Translations under genes and position numbers: made by a program | IMG/VR virus record: IMGVR_UViG_2617270988_000017 | DNA length: 12,893 nt | From: a virus | Lineage: Duplodnaviria; Heunggongvirae; Uroviricota; Caudoviricetes | Direction: 5' to 3' (one strand) | Part shown: positions 6,485 through 12,893 of the stretch, piece after piece | Position numbering within the stretch: position 1 is the first letter of the stretch | Layout: each line of letters begins with the position of its first letter | The notes under the pieces: model-generated | What the model saw: the letters and a program-made list of their open reading frames with translations, nothing else | Databases searched by the model: none | Told to the model about the DNA's origin: nothing

Positions 6485-6895
6485 TCAGAACGAAATATCA
6501 TCACCGTAAGAGTCATCGCCTCCCGCTGGTGGCTGATTACCCTGTGTGCCTGTGGTTTTGCGTCTGTTCCCGCCTGGACGTGCCGCGCGGGCACTGATTA
6601 CGCTGTCTGCGATAACCTGCCAGCCCTGCCGCGTTTCTCCGTTCTGTCCGGTCCACTGGCTTACCTGCATCGTGCCGGATACGCTGGCAACATCGCCTTT
6701 TTGATGTTTAGCCAGGAAGTCGGCCTGTTTGCCAAATGCGATGACCGATAACCATAACGTCGCCTGTCCGTCCTGTGCCTGGCTGCATGGCAAAGATACC
6801 GCCATACGCGCCAGCGTCATCGGTGTGCCCTTGCTGGTCTGTTTTACCTGCGGGTCGTCCACCAGCCGCCCGTAAGCGGCTATCTGTGCCGTCAT
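6485..6895 (-). CDS. ssb: Single-stranded DNA-binding protein
   Basis: 136 aa with an OB-fold-like N-terminal region, a Gly/Pro/Gln-rich linker (GTQGNQPPAGGDDSYG) and an acidic C-terminal tip DDISF resembling the SSB DDDIPF tail. The start overlaps the upstream stop (ATGA). Confidence 0.85.
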   Translation of the reverse strand: MTAQIAAYGRLVDDPQVKQTSKGTPMTLARMAVSLPCSQAQDGQATLWLSVIAFGKQADFLAKHQKGDVASVSGTMQVSQWTGQNGETRQGWQVIADSVISARAARPGGNRRKTTGTQGNQPPAGGDDSYGDDISF

Positions 6896-7143
6896 AATTC
6901 CACCTCTCCGGTTTTAACGTTGATGGTTGTTACCTGTTCCGCTTCGGCAATCTCCCGTTCTGTCAGCGTGGCAAAGTTTGCCGCCGCCGTGGTCATGAAT
7001 GCGCTTATCAGGTCGGGATGTTCCTTCGCGTATCCTTCCCGCGTGTGGCGGTCTATCGTTCTGATTGCCACCTTTAAGGTGTGCTCAGTCATGTCTAACG
7101 CTTTATATTTTGGCTCTGTTCTGTCTCTGCGTTTTTGGGTCAT
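6892..7143 (-). CDS. Hypothetical protein, 83 aa, translationally coupled to ssb
   Basis: In-frame ATG at 7143 (MTQKRRDR...) with SD GAGAGG. The track start at 7173 is GTG and sits in the iteron array. The stop overlaps the ssb start. Confidence 0.5.
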   Translation of the reverse strand: MTQKRRDRTEPKYKALDMTEHTLKVAIRTIDRHTREGYAKEHPDLISAFMTTAAANFATLTEREIAEAEQVTTINVKTGEVEL

Positions 7144-7152
7144 TTCTCGCAA

Positions 7153-7348
7153 CCTCTCACTTTTTCGCCTCACTTTTTCAAGCGTCTCACTTCGTCGCAG
7201 TTGGGATTTTCGGTTTTTCTATGTGTGTGTTTCATAAGTATTTTTTTACCCCTCACTTTTGAGGATGTATACAGGTCGAAAAGTGAGGGAGAGCGGGCTA
7301 ATTTTGGCCCTCTTTCTATCCCCCTCGCTTTTGCTCCTCACTTTTATA
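7153..7348. repeat. Iteron array, putative origin of replication of the element
   Basis: CTCACTTTT-type repeats at 7156-7165, 7169-7178, 7186-7192, 7252-7260, 7278-7289 (inverted), 7323-7333 (variant CTCGCTTTT) and 7336-7347, plus an AT-rich stretch at 7230-7248. It lies immediately 3' of the rep gene, as is typical of satellite and plasmid origins. Confidence 0.55.
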
Positions 7349-8743
7349 GCGGCGCTACATCATCCCCATCGATACGAATAACCCCATCTTTTTCCAGCTT
7401 GTACAGCCAGCGCCGGAAGTTTTTCATTTCATACCCCAGCTTTTTCATGTCATCACGTAACAGCGGGATCGTGCACTTGTCGCCGTTCTGTGTGCGTGAA
7501 CGGATGCACCCCCATAGCGCGGTATGGTTTTCCGTCTTGTTCCCTGCCTCCTCGATGCGCTCCAGTTCAACAGGAGGGCGCGGATCATCCACCACCACCA
7601 GCGACGTGATTAATTCACCGTCAGCGTCGGTAAAAAGCTCCACCACGCGTAAGTCATATGCGGCTTCTTTGAGTTCCTCCGCGTCCTTCATTTTGGTGCA
7701 TGAGATAACCAGCGCTTCGCTTCCTGCGTCCTCCCTGCGTATCCGGTATTCAGCATCCAGCGAAGCACGAAATGCACTGGAACCGCGCGCGCCTTTCGTC
7801 TCATCCTTGCCGGAATGGTGAACCACCAGCACCGTGGCCCCTGTGCGTCGTTTCAGTTCGTCACAACCACGGATAAACGCCCCATATCACGGGAATCATT
7901 TTCATCATTCCCACCAAAGCAACGCGCCAGCGTATCCAGAATAATCATGCGTACAGGTTTACCCGTTTCCCGCTCCACCTGACGGGCAGCGATAACCATT
8001 TCATCAACATCAAGCGGGGCAGCCGGAAAGATGGGGCGGTTTACCAGATACAGATTTTTCACCTGCTCATCGTGCACAACCTCCCAGGCTTTTACACGAC
8101 GCGGAACACCTATACCGCCTTCACCAACCACATAGAGAACCGCACCATGTGCAACCCTGCGGCCTCCCCACTGGCGACCAGTGGCAACATGGCACGCCCA
8201 CGATCCGGCAAGGAATGATTTATAGGACCCGCTAGCCCCGTATATGCTGCATAGCGATACCGCCGGAATAATCCCCTTAACCACGTAATCCAGTTGCGTG
8301 TCGTATCCGGTAGATCCAACGCTCATCGGTAGCGTGGTTTTTCGCTGGTGGTTTTTTTCTTCCGCCGGCTCTTTCCCGCGCACCCGTTCCAGGTATTCGC
8401 GCCAGTTCTCCCGCATATGGCTGTGCATCCCTTCGGGGTAATAATTCGCATCAGTTACACCCGCCGCCGCCAGCTTGTGCGCAATGGCATTAATATTTGA
8501 TGGCCTGATGTGGCCTGCCTTGTACAGCCGGACACAATAGCGCCCCTCGTCGATGATTCTCAGGTCTGCCAGTTCATCCAGTTGATCATCAGCCAGCACA
8601 ACGGGAGGCACATTATCGCCAGCCAGTCGCCCGTCCTGTTCCTGCCACTGTTTCGCATGTGCCCAGGCATCACTACCCGCAAAAATAATGACTTCGGTCA
8701 TCTTGTCGTAAGGCTGTTTTTTTAAGTTCGGTGCGCTTTTCAT
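7344..8743 (-). pseudogene. Replication protein (primase/helicase-like, RepA-type P-loop ATPase with C-terminal winged-helix-like tail); reading frame interrupted near 7880
   Basis: The N-terminal ORF (8743..7853) has a Walker-A-like GASGSYKS and ILDTLARCFGG. The C-terminal ORF (7832..7344) continues in another frame with VVHHSGKDETKGARGSSAFRASLD, typical of RepA/AAA_25-like ATPases. The total span is 1400 nt, not a multiple of 3. The frames join if the G4 run (plus-strand CCCC 7880-7883) is G5, giving ...DSRDMGAFIRGCDELKRRTGATVLVVHH... Confidence 0.7.
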
Positions 8744-9039
8744 TTCTTGCCCCTGAATCCGTTAACCATGGTTTTCAGCTTCTGGATGTTTGCCCGTGCC
8801 CTGGCGTTGCTGGTGGGCACGTTATGCGGCGCGGTCTGTACCAGAGAAAAATCACGCCGGAACTGATAAACAGGCATCACGCAATCATATTCGTAACCTT
8901 CACGGCGGTAAGTTACGCACCGTCCCGCCACGCCCTTAATCATTACCGTGCCGCCGTACTGGTCGCGGTAAATATCACCGCGCGTAAATTTAGGGTGAGT
9001 GTTGCCACTGGCAGTTAAGCCAGAATATTTAAGTTTCAT
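8740..9039 (-). CDS. Hypothetical basic protein, 99 aa
   Basis: ATG at 9039 with GGAG upstream. The stop overlaps the rep start (ATGA). No family recognised. Confidence 0.55.
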   Translation of the reverse strand: MKLKYSGLTASGNTHPKFTRGDIYRDQYGGTVMIKGVAGRCVTYRREGYEYDCVMPVYQFRRDFSLVQTAPHNVPTSNARARANIQKLKTMVNGFRGKK

Positions 9040-9044
9040 TATTT

Positions 9045-9278
9045 TTATTCTCCGGTGTGCTGTTCGTTATATCTGTCGTGCAATGTCTCTATTTCCTGCA
9101 ACTCATTTATTACAGGCTCAAGAAGCGTTATTAATGCCGTGACAATTCTTGATTTTTGTTTGTCGCGTTCATTGTCGCCAAGTGTTTCAAGCCATATGCG
9201 CAATATTTCGTACATACCTTCAGCGTAAGCAAGGGCACTAAATGCGCGGTCTATTGTTTCGTGGTAAATATCACGCAT
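9045..9278 (-). CDS. Hypothetical small acidic protein, 77 aa
   Basis: ATG at 9278 with SD GGGGA. Net acidic and helical-looking. Tightly packed with neighbours (1-5 nt gaps). Confidence 0.55.
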   Translation of the reverse strand: MRDIYHETIDRAFSALAYAEGMYEILRIWLETLGDNERDKQKSRIVTALITLLEPVINELQEIETLHDRYNEQHTGE

Positions 9279-9279
9279 A

Positions 9280-9501
9280 TTAATCCCCGTCCGTTGTTTT
9301 TCTTAAAACAGCTTCTGTCACGAAATCAGCATAGTTAGCGGCAATATCAAGAATATTTAGCCCTGTATCTCTGTGCTCATCAGTGCAAAGAAAGAAAAAA
9401 GCCACCCGCATAATTTCAGATATTGACGAAAGCGCATCAGCCGCATCATCAGGAACGCCGGAAAATTCTTGTTTCAGGGAATTAAAACGATCATCACGCA
9501 T
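9280..9501 (-). CDS. Hypothetical small acidic protein, 73 aa
   Basis: ATG at 9501-9499 (MRDDRFNSLKQEFSGVPDDAADAL...). The track's longer N-terminus is rejected. It shares a PD-AADAL motif with the upstream 73-aa ORF. Confidence 0.55.
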   Translation of the reverse strand: MRDDRFNSLKQEFSGVPDDAADALSSISEIMRVAFFFLCTDEHRDTGLNILDIAANYADFVTEAVLRKTTDGD

Positions 9502-9715
9502 AACCCCCCCCATTTTCACAATCAGCAACAAGAATATTTTTAGCGTCATTCAGCGACCGCGTTGCGATGTATCGGATACATTCCAGGGCGAACTGTGTCC
9601 GGTCTTTCTGTTCTTCTCCCTGCGCAAGCTCTGCAGTGCATTCAATATCGATAAGCGCGTGCATCAGCGTAGTGAGCGCGTCGGCTGCTGCGTCCGGTGT
9701 GGTTTTATTGCACAT
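9494..9715 (-). CDS. Hypothetical small acidic protein, 73 aa
   Basis: ATG at 9715-9713 (MCNKTTPDAAADAL...) preceded by a strong SD (AGGAGGTG). It ends in NGGGYA encoded by a G8 run and overlaps the next start. Confidence 0.6.
   Translation of the reverse strand: MCNKTTPDAAADALTTLMHALIDIECTAELAQGEEQKDRTQFALECIRYIATRSLNDAKNILVADCENGGGYA
9504..9511. repeat. C8/G8 homopolymer at a gene junction
   Basis: Eight consecutive C on the plus strand (G on the coding strand). It encodes the GGG tail of the upstream ORF and lies 2 nt before the ATG of the downstream ORF. Confidence 0.9.
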
Positions 9716-9896
9716 GGCACACCTCCTGACGAATACGGGCGGCGAATACAGCAACACAACCGGACGGGCAACGGCTACGCGCTTCGCGTTCCGTCCAGGC
9801 GGTTACGTGGATGATTTGATGTTCTGACGCGCCAAAGATGATAAAGCGCCAGAGAAAGGCGGTTTGAGAATGTACAAGGGTAGGGATAGTAGCCAT
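9705..9896 (-). CDS. Small protein, 63 aa; possibly Icd-like (host cell division inhibitor family), tentative
   Basis: ATG at 9896 with SD GAGGAGG 8 nt upstream, TAA at 9707-9705. The WRF and FAARIRQ motifs resemble what I recall of Icd-like small proteins from P4-like islands, but this is unverified. A diverged tandem copy lies 369 bp upstream. Confidence 0.5.
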   Translation of the reverse strand: MATIPTLVHSQTAFLWRFIIFGASEHQIIHVTAWTEREARSRCPSGCVAVFAARIRQEVCHVQ

Positions 9897-10056
9897 GTTG
9901 GCAGCCTCCTCAGTGTGGTTAAGATAACCGCCACCGGAAACGCCAATTTCGCTGGTGGCGGACTGTACAGGGTTGGCGTAACCGGACACTGAAGAAACCG
10001 GCGCGGATTGCTCCGCCCCCGTACAGCCCACCATTGATAAGGTGTGACTATGCGGC

Positions 10057-10082
10057 ACAAAAAAACACGCGGGGCGCGTGTT
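10057..10082 (-). terminator. Strong Rho-independent terminator signature inside the upstream tandem copy
   Basis: Minus strand reads AACACGCG-CCC-CGCGTGTT followed by TTTTTTT (plus-strand A7 at 10059-10065). It is GC-rich with an uninterrupted U-tract. Confidence 0.65.
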
Positions 10083-10265
10083 ATGCGCTTCAGTTTTGCC
10101 CAGGACGCCAATCCCGGCACCCGTTTTATGAGGTGCGCGGGAATCATAGCTATTTTCGACACTGGCGATCAACTGGTTTTTTTCTCCGATATTCAGGGCC
10201 AGAAAACGCCACACAAAGGCCGTTTGTGTGTGTACAAGGTGTGGTATATGATTTACGGCAACCAT
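10083..10265 (-). pseudogene. Degenerate tandem paralogue of the 63-aa ORF (or translated leader); no in-frame stop before the terminator
   Basis: ATG at 10265 with SD AGGAG. The first 30 or so codons are homologous to the downstream ORF (PHLVHTQTAFVWRFLAL vs PTLVHSQTAFLWRFIIF) with synonymous and conservative changes. The frame then runs through the terminator without a stop, and a C-terminal-like motif (RVFLCRI vs AVFAARI) appears only in another frame. Confidence 0.35.
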
Positions 10266-10293
10266 AACGGCTCCTAGTTTACGTTGTTGGTTA

Positions 10294-10328
10294 GACGCCC
10301 CGTATGTGTTCCCAGCACTGCGGGGCGT
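10294..10328. promoter_or_regulatory. 8-bp inverted repeat ACGCCCCG / CGGGGCGT with a 19-bp spacer in the divergent control region
   Basis: Arms at 10294-10301 and 10321-10328, in the 5' leader of the minus-strand small-ORF operon and upstream of the RHH promoter. Confidence 0.4.
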
Positions 10329-10353
10329 TGATTTTTGTGTAATGGCAAGTACA

Positions 10354-10395
10354 ATGGTAATTACCATGTAGGTATAGTAATGAAGGGTAATTACC
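10354..10395. promoter_or_regulatory. Two GGTAATTACC operator-like palindromes at the RHH gene promoter
   Basis: Perfect 14-bp palindrome ATGGTAATTACCAT at 10354-10367 and GGTAATTACC at 10386-10395, centres 30 bp apart. The second abuts the RHH ATG. A TATAGT -10-like hexamer is at 10373-10378. Confidence 0.6.
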
Positions 10396-10569
10396 ATGTC
10401 AACACCATTAGAAAAACGTTCGCCTCCATACCAAATGCGATTACCGGAAGACTTCAGAGCGCAGCTAGAAGAAGCAGCTAAGGCCGATGGCGACACATCT
10501 TTAGCCACTTGGATTAAACGCGTTCTCCGCAAAGAATTACAGCAACGCGGCATAGAACCCAAAGGATAA
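10396..10569 (+). CDS. Ribbon-helix-helix (Arc/CopG-like) DNA-binding protein, 57 aa
   Basis: ATG at 10396, TAA at 10567-10569. The product MSTPLEKRSPPYQMRLPEDFRAQLEEAAKADGDTSLATWIKRVLRKEL has the typical RHH pattern (beta-strand YQMRLP, then two helices). It is absent from the ORF track because it is under 60 aa. Confidence 0.7.
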   Translation: MSTPLEKRSPPYQMRLPEDFRAQLEEAAKADGDTSLATWIKRVLRKELQQRGIEPKG

Positions 10570-10611
10570 AAACTATCAGCGCCGTGGTGTGAGGTATTAC
10601 GGCGCATTGCT

Positions 10612-10800
10612 ATGCAGGACAACACAATGACCGATAAAGAATTGACCAAAACATTATCACCGGCACGGAAAAGACGGCGCAGAAAGATAGAGCATGAATC
10701 AGAAAGATTCGCGCCATGTGCTTTTGCCCTTGAGCAATTCCTTAAAGAGTACAGGGAAAAGCGCTCATTGCAGGTATGGCAACGAACTGAACCAGACTGA
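10612..10800 (+). CDS. Hypothetical small basic protein, 62 aa, downstream of the RHH gene
   Basis: ATG at 10612 (alternative ATG at 10627 with AGGA upstream). It contains an ARKRRRRK basic patch. The coding call is weak. Confidence 0.4.
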   Translation: MQDNTMTDKELTKTLSPARKRRRRKIEHESERFAPCAFALEQFLKEYREKRSLQVWQRTEPD

Positions 10801-10894
10801 TTGCATTGCCCACCAGCCTGATAGCGGCTATCATCCCCGTGCTTATGTTTGGGATCACATACACATAAGGCGCAGCGGGTTAATTGTTCAGAAA

Positions 10895-10922
10895 GGCGGC
10901 TCCATATCGGGGCCGCTTTTTT
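10895..10922 (+). terminator. Rho-independent terminator between convergent alpA and the RHH operon
   Basis: Stem GGCGGCTCC (10895-10903) / GGGGCCGC (10909-10916) followed by T6 (10917-10922). Confidence 0.65.
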
Positions 10923-10948
10923 CGTGTTTGTCATATCTGTGATACCCG

Positions 10949-11155
10949 TTAAGCAGCCGTTCCGCGTGCTTCCTCTTCGCGTTCTTTCTGCCAGGACAAC
11001 ACATCATCCTCATACCATCCGCGACGGCGTAAACCAACGCGAAAACCCTGCGGAAATTCTCCGGCGTTGATCATGCTTTGCAGCGTGCTGTCTGCCTTGA
11101 TGTGGATAATTTTTTTTACTTCCTGGCGAAAGATAATTTTTCTGATTGCTTCCAT
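10949..11155 (-). CDS. alpA: AlpA-family phage transcriptional regulator / excisionase-like protein
   Basis: The 68-aa product matches the AlpA pattern (IIHIKADSTLQSMINAGEFPQGFRVGLRRRGWYEDDVLSWQ vs CP4-57 AlpA ...TGMARATIYDWLNPKSPRYDATFPKKRMLGVKSVGWIEAEIDEWL). ATG at 11155. Confidence 0.8.
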   Translation of the reverse strand: MEAIRKIIFRQEVKKIIHIKADSTLQSMINAGEFPQGFRVGLRRRGWYEDDVLSWQKEREEEARGTAA

Positions 11156-11288
11156 CGTGATTTACCTTGTGAATCCGGTGTATTCCGGTGACAAATACGG
11201 TAAATCATCGGATATGGGTAAAAACAGTTCCCACCGTTTTTAAACGGTATACACCGTTTTTTATATTGATGATTTGAAATGGAATTAT

Positions 11289-11311
11289 AAAAAAAGCGGC
11301 ATTTCTGCCGC
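11289..11311 (-). terminator. Rho-independent terminator after the int-proximal small ORF
   Basis: Minus-strand stem GCGGCA-gaaa-TGCCGC followed by T7 (plus-strand A-run 11289-11295). Confidence 0.7.
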
Positions 11312-11322
11312 TTCCAGGATTG

Positions 11323-11574
11323 TTACCGCCATTTTTTGGGCCTGCCTCCGATCTTCATAGATGCCGGACGTACGACCTTATCAATACTTACCGCCAGATT
11401 TCTGGAAGCGCCACGGGATACCAGAAAATCTACTACCTGTTTTTTTGATGGGGCCGTCGTTCTGTCCTCCGGATCGTAGGTTGACCAAAATTCATGCTGA
11501 ACCATCAGGGCCAGTTGCAGCCCGTCGCAATTGCATCTGATATTTTTTTGCATCTTAACGGTTTCATGTTTCAC
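11323..11574 (-). CDS. Hypothetical small basic protein adjacent to integrase, start uncertain
   Basis: The track start at 11574 is GTG. The first in-frame ATG is at 11553 and lacks a clear SD. The basic C-terminus reads IGGRPKKWR. No family recognised. Confidence 0.45.
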   Translation of the reverse strand: MKHETVKMQKNIRCNCDGLQLALMVQHEFWSTYDPEDRTTAPSKKQVVDFLVSRGASRNLAVSIDKVVRPASMKIGGRPKKWR

Positions 11575-11651
11575 GGCCTTGTCGTTAAATTTGATGCAAT
11601 TATACGACGGTTTTACATGGTTTTCGTAGTTTTTACTGGTTTTCTGTACAG

Positions 11652-12893
11652 CTACACGGCTCGGATACCCCTTTTACCACTGGCGAGGGTTACGCCCGTC
11701 GCCGCAGCCTCGACAAATTCGCCCCACCAGCGCATCAGCACGATGCGTTTTTCTATGTAGTTGCTCCGGTTGTATGCCCGTCTAACTTCGTTGGTGTCGA
11801 CGTGGGCAAGTGCCGCCTCTATTACGTCCGGCTCGAATCCTTCCTCGTTCGCTGCTGTGCTGAATATGGCGCGTAATCCATGAGACACCAGCACGCCAGC
11901 GAATCCCATACGCCGCAATGCTGCGTTAGCTGTCTGGCTGTTCATCGGCTGCTGTGGGTCTTTCAGACTTGGGAAAACGTAATTGCGGTGGTGGCTGATT
12001 GGTTTCATGGCCTCCAGCACCGCCATAGCCTGACCGGAAAGCGGGATAACGTGATCCCTGCGCATCTTCATGCGTCCGGCAGGTATCGTCCATTGCTTCG
12101 CGTCCAGGTTGATTTCATCCCACCGCGTTGATGACGCTTCGGCGGGACGGGTTACGGTCAGTAACTGCCATTCAATCAGTAATCTGGTCTGCCGTTCTGT
12201 TGCCGATACTGATAAAGCCTGCATAAGCTCGGGCAGCTGTTCGGGGCGGATTGTTGGCATATGTTTTTTTACAGGTGAGGGAAACGCCTTACGCACATTC
12301 ATAGCCGGATTGGCATCAATCAGCCCACTGTTGGCGGCGTAATCCATTACCTCATTAACGCGCTGTAAAACCCGCTTGAGTGTTTCCAGGTTGCCGCGCT
12401 CCTTGATGGGGGTAAGCACTTCAACGAACCTTCGGGCGGTGAGGGTATCTATTGGCGTGTTGCCGATGAACGGGAATACATATTTATCCAGCGAACGCCA
12501 GATGTCTTTAATCGTGTTGGGGGCCAGATTCTGGCTGATTTTCACCTGGTACCATGCCGCCGCCACATTTTCGAACGTGTTCCCTTGTCTTCGGGCCTCT
12601 GTCTCTCTTTTTTGCCTCTCGTGGTCCTGCGGGTCAGTTCCGGCACTGATTAACGTCCTGTACTCGCTACGGCGTTTTCTGGCATCAGCCAGGGAAACAT
12701 CTTCAAGCGATCCAAAACTCAGCAATATTCTTTTTTTGTCCGATGGTCGGTAGTAGGAAAATCTCCAGAGTTTTGATCCAGACGGTTTGACCAGGAGAAA
12801 AAGCCCTCCGCCGTCCTGCAGGGTGTACTCCTTTTGCGCTGGTCTGGCTGCTTTGATCTGCACTGTGGTTAATGGGTGTGTTTTTCTCGCCAT
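11652..12893 (-). CDS. int: Site-specific tyrosine integrase, P4 family
   Basis: 413 aa with an N-terminal arm-binding-type region (KEYTLQDGGGLFLLVKPSGSKLWRFSYY) and a C-terminal catalytic domain (HGLRAIFST...RAYNRSNY). The ATG is at the last three bases of the window, so the upstream region and att site are outside it. Confidence 0.95.
   Translation of the reverse strand: MARKTHPLTTVQIKAARPAQKEYTLQDGGGLFLLVKPSGSKLWRFSYYRPSDKKRILLSFGSLEDVSLADARKRRSEYRTLISAGTDPQDHERQKRETEARRQGNTFENVAAAWYQVKISQNLAPNTIKDIWRSLDKYVFPFIGNTPIDTLTARRFVEVLTPIKERGNLETLKRVLQRVNEVMDYAANSGLIDANPAMNVRKAFPSPVKKHMPTIRPEQLPELMQALSVSATERQTRLLIEWQLLTVTRPAEASSTRWDEINLDAKQWTIPAGRMKMRRDHVIPLSGQAMAVLEAMKPISHHRNYVFPSLKDPQQPMNSQTANAALRRMGFAGVLVSHGLRAIFSTAANEEGFEPDVIEAALAHVDTNEVRRAYNRSNYIEKRIVLMRWWGEFVEAAATGVTLASGKRGIRAV

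Noticed and set aside
6202-6594. Long (130 aa) version of the PerC-like ORF
   Set aside because: Its 5' extension overlaps the 3' end of ssb. The internal ATG at 6474 has a strong SD and gives the typical PerC-like N-terminus.
7135-7821. 228-aa plus-strand ORF (plus overlapping 6920..7237 and 7065..7262)
   Set aside because: Ser/Phe-rich low-complexity translation lying over the iteron/ori region and antisense to the rep gene. No RBS; it is an artefact of the repeat composition.
9705-10934. 409-aa minus-strand ORF from the track
   Set aside because: It runs across a promoter/operator region and two terminator-like hairpins, and its translation is low-complexity. Only the 63-aa 3' segment (9705..9896) and the short upstream paralogue look like real coding units.
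1-12893. CRISPR arrays, tRNA or rRNA genes, insertion sequences
   Set aside because: There are no regularly spaced short repeats with unique spacers, no tRNA-like cloverleaf or CCA-adjacent T-loop sequence, and no transposase-like ORF. The only long inverted repeat pair is explained as duplicated cos sites.

Overview
The window holds the complete core sensor-kinase gene phoQ (1..1461, +) followed by a roughly 11 kb horizontally acquired element encoded almost entirely on the minus strand, bounded at the right edge by a P4-family tyrosine integrase (11652..12893). Read along the minus strand the element is modular: int, a small ORF, alpA-like regulator, a divergent (+ strand) ribbon-helix-helix regulator with palindromic operators, a run of small ORFs, a RepA-like primase/helicase whose frame is broken at a 4-nt homopolymer, an iteron-rich putative origin, ssb, a PerC-like regulator, a terminator-insulated single-gene cassette, a capsid module (lambda gpE-like major capsid protein and gpD-like decoration protein), and a lambda Nu1-like small terminase bracketed by two inverted lambda-type cos sites. 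There are no portal, protease, scaffold, large terminase, tail or lysis genes, and no rRNA, tRNA or CRISPR. My reading is that this is a cos-type phage satellite (PICI-like) that builds part of its own capsid and steals the rest from a lambdoid helper. All homology calls rest on reading the translations and on remembered lambda and E. coli sequences; no database search was run. The ORF track labels GTG starts as M, so start codons were re-checked on the DNA.
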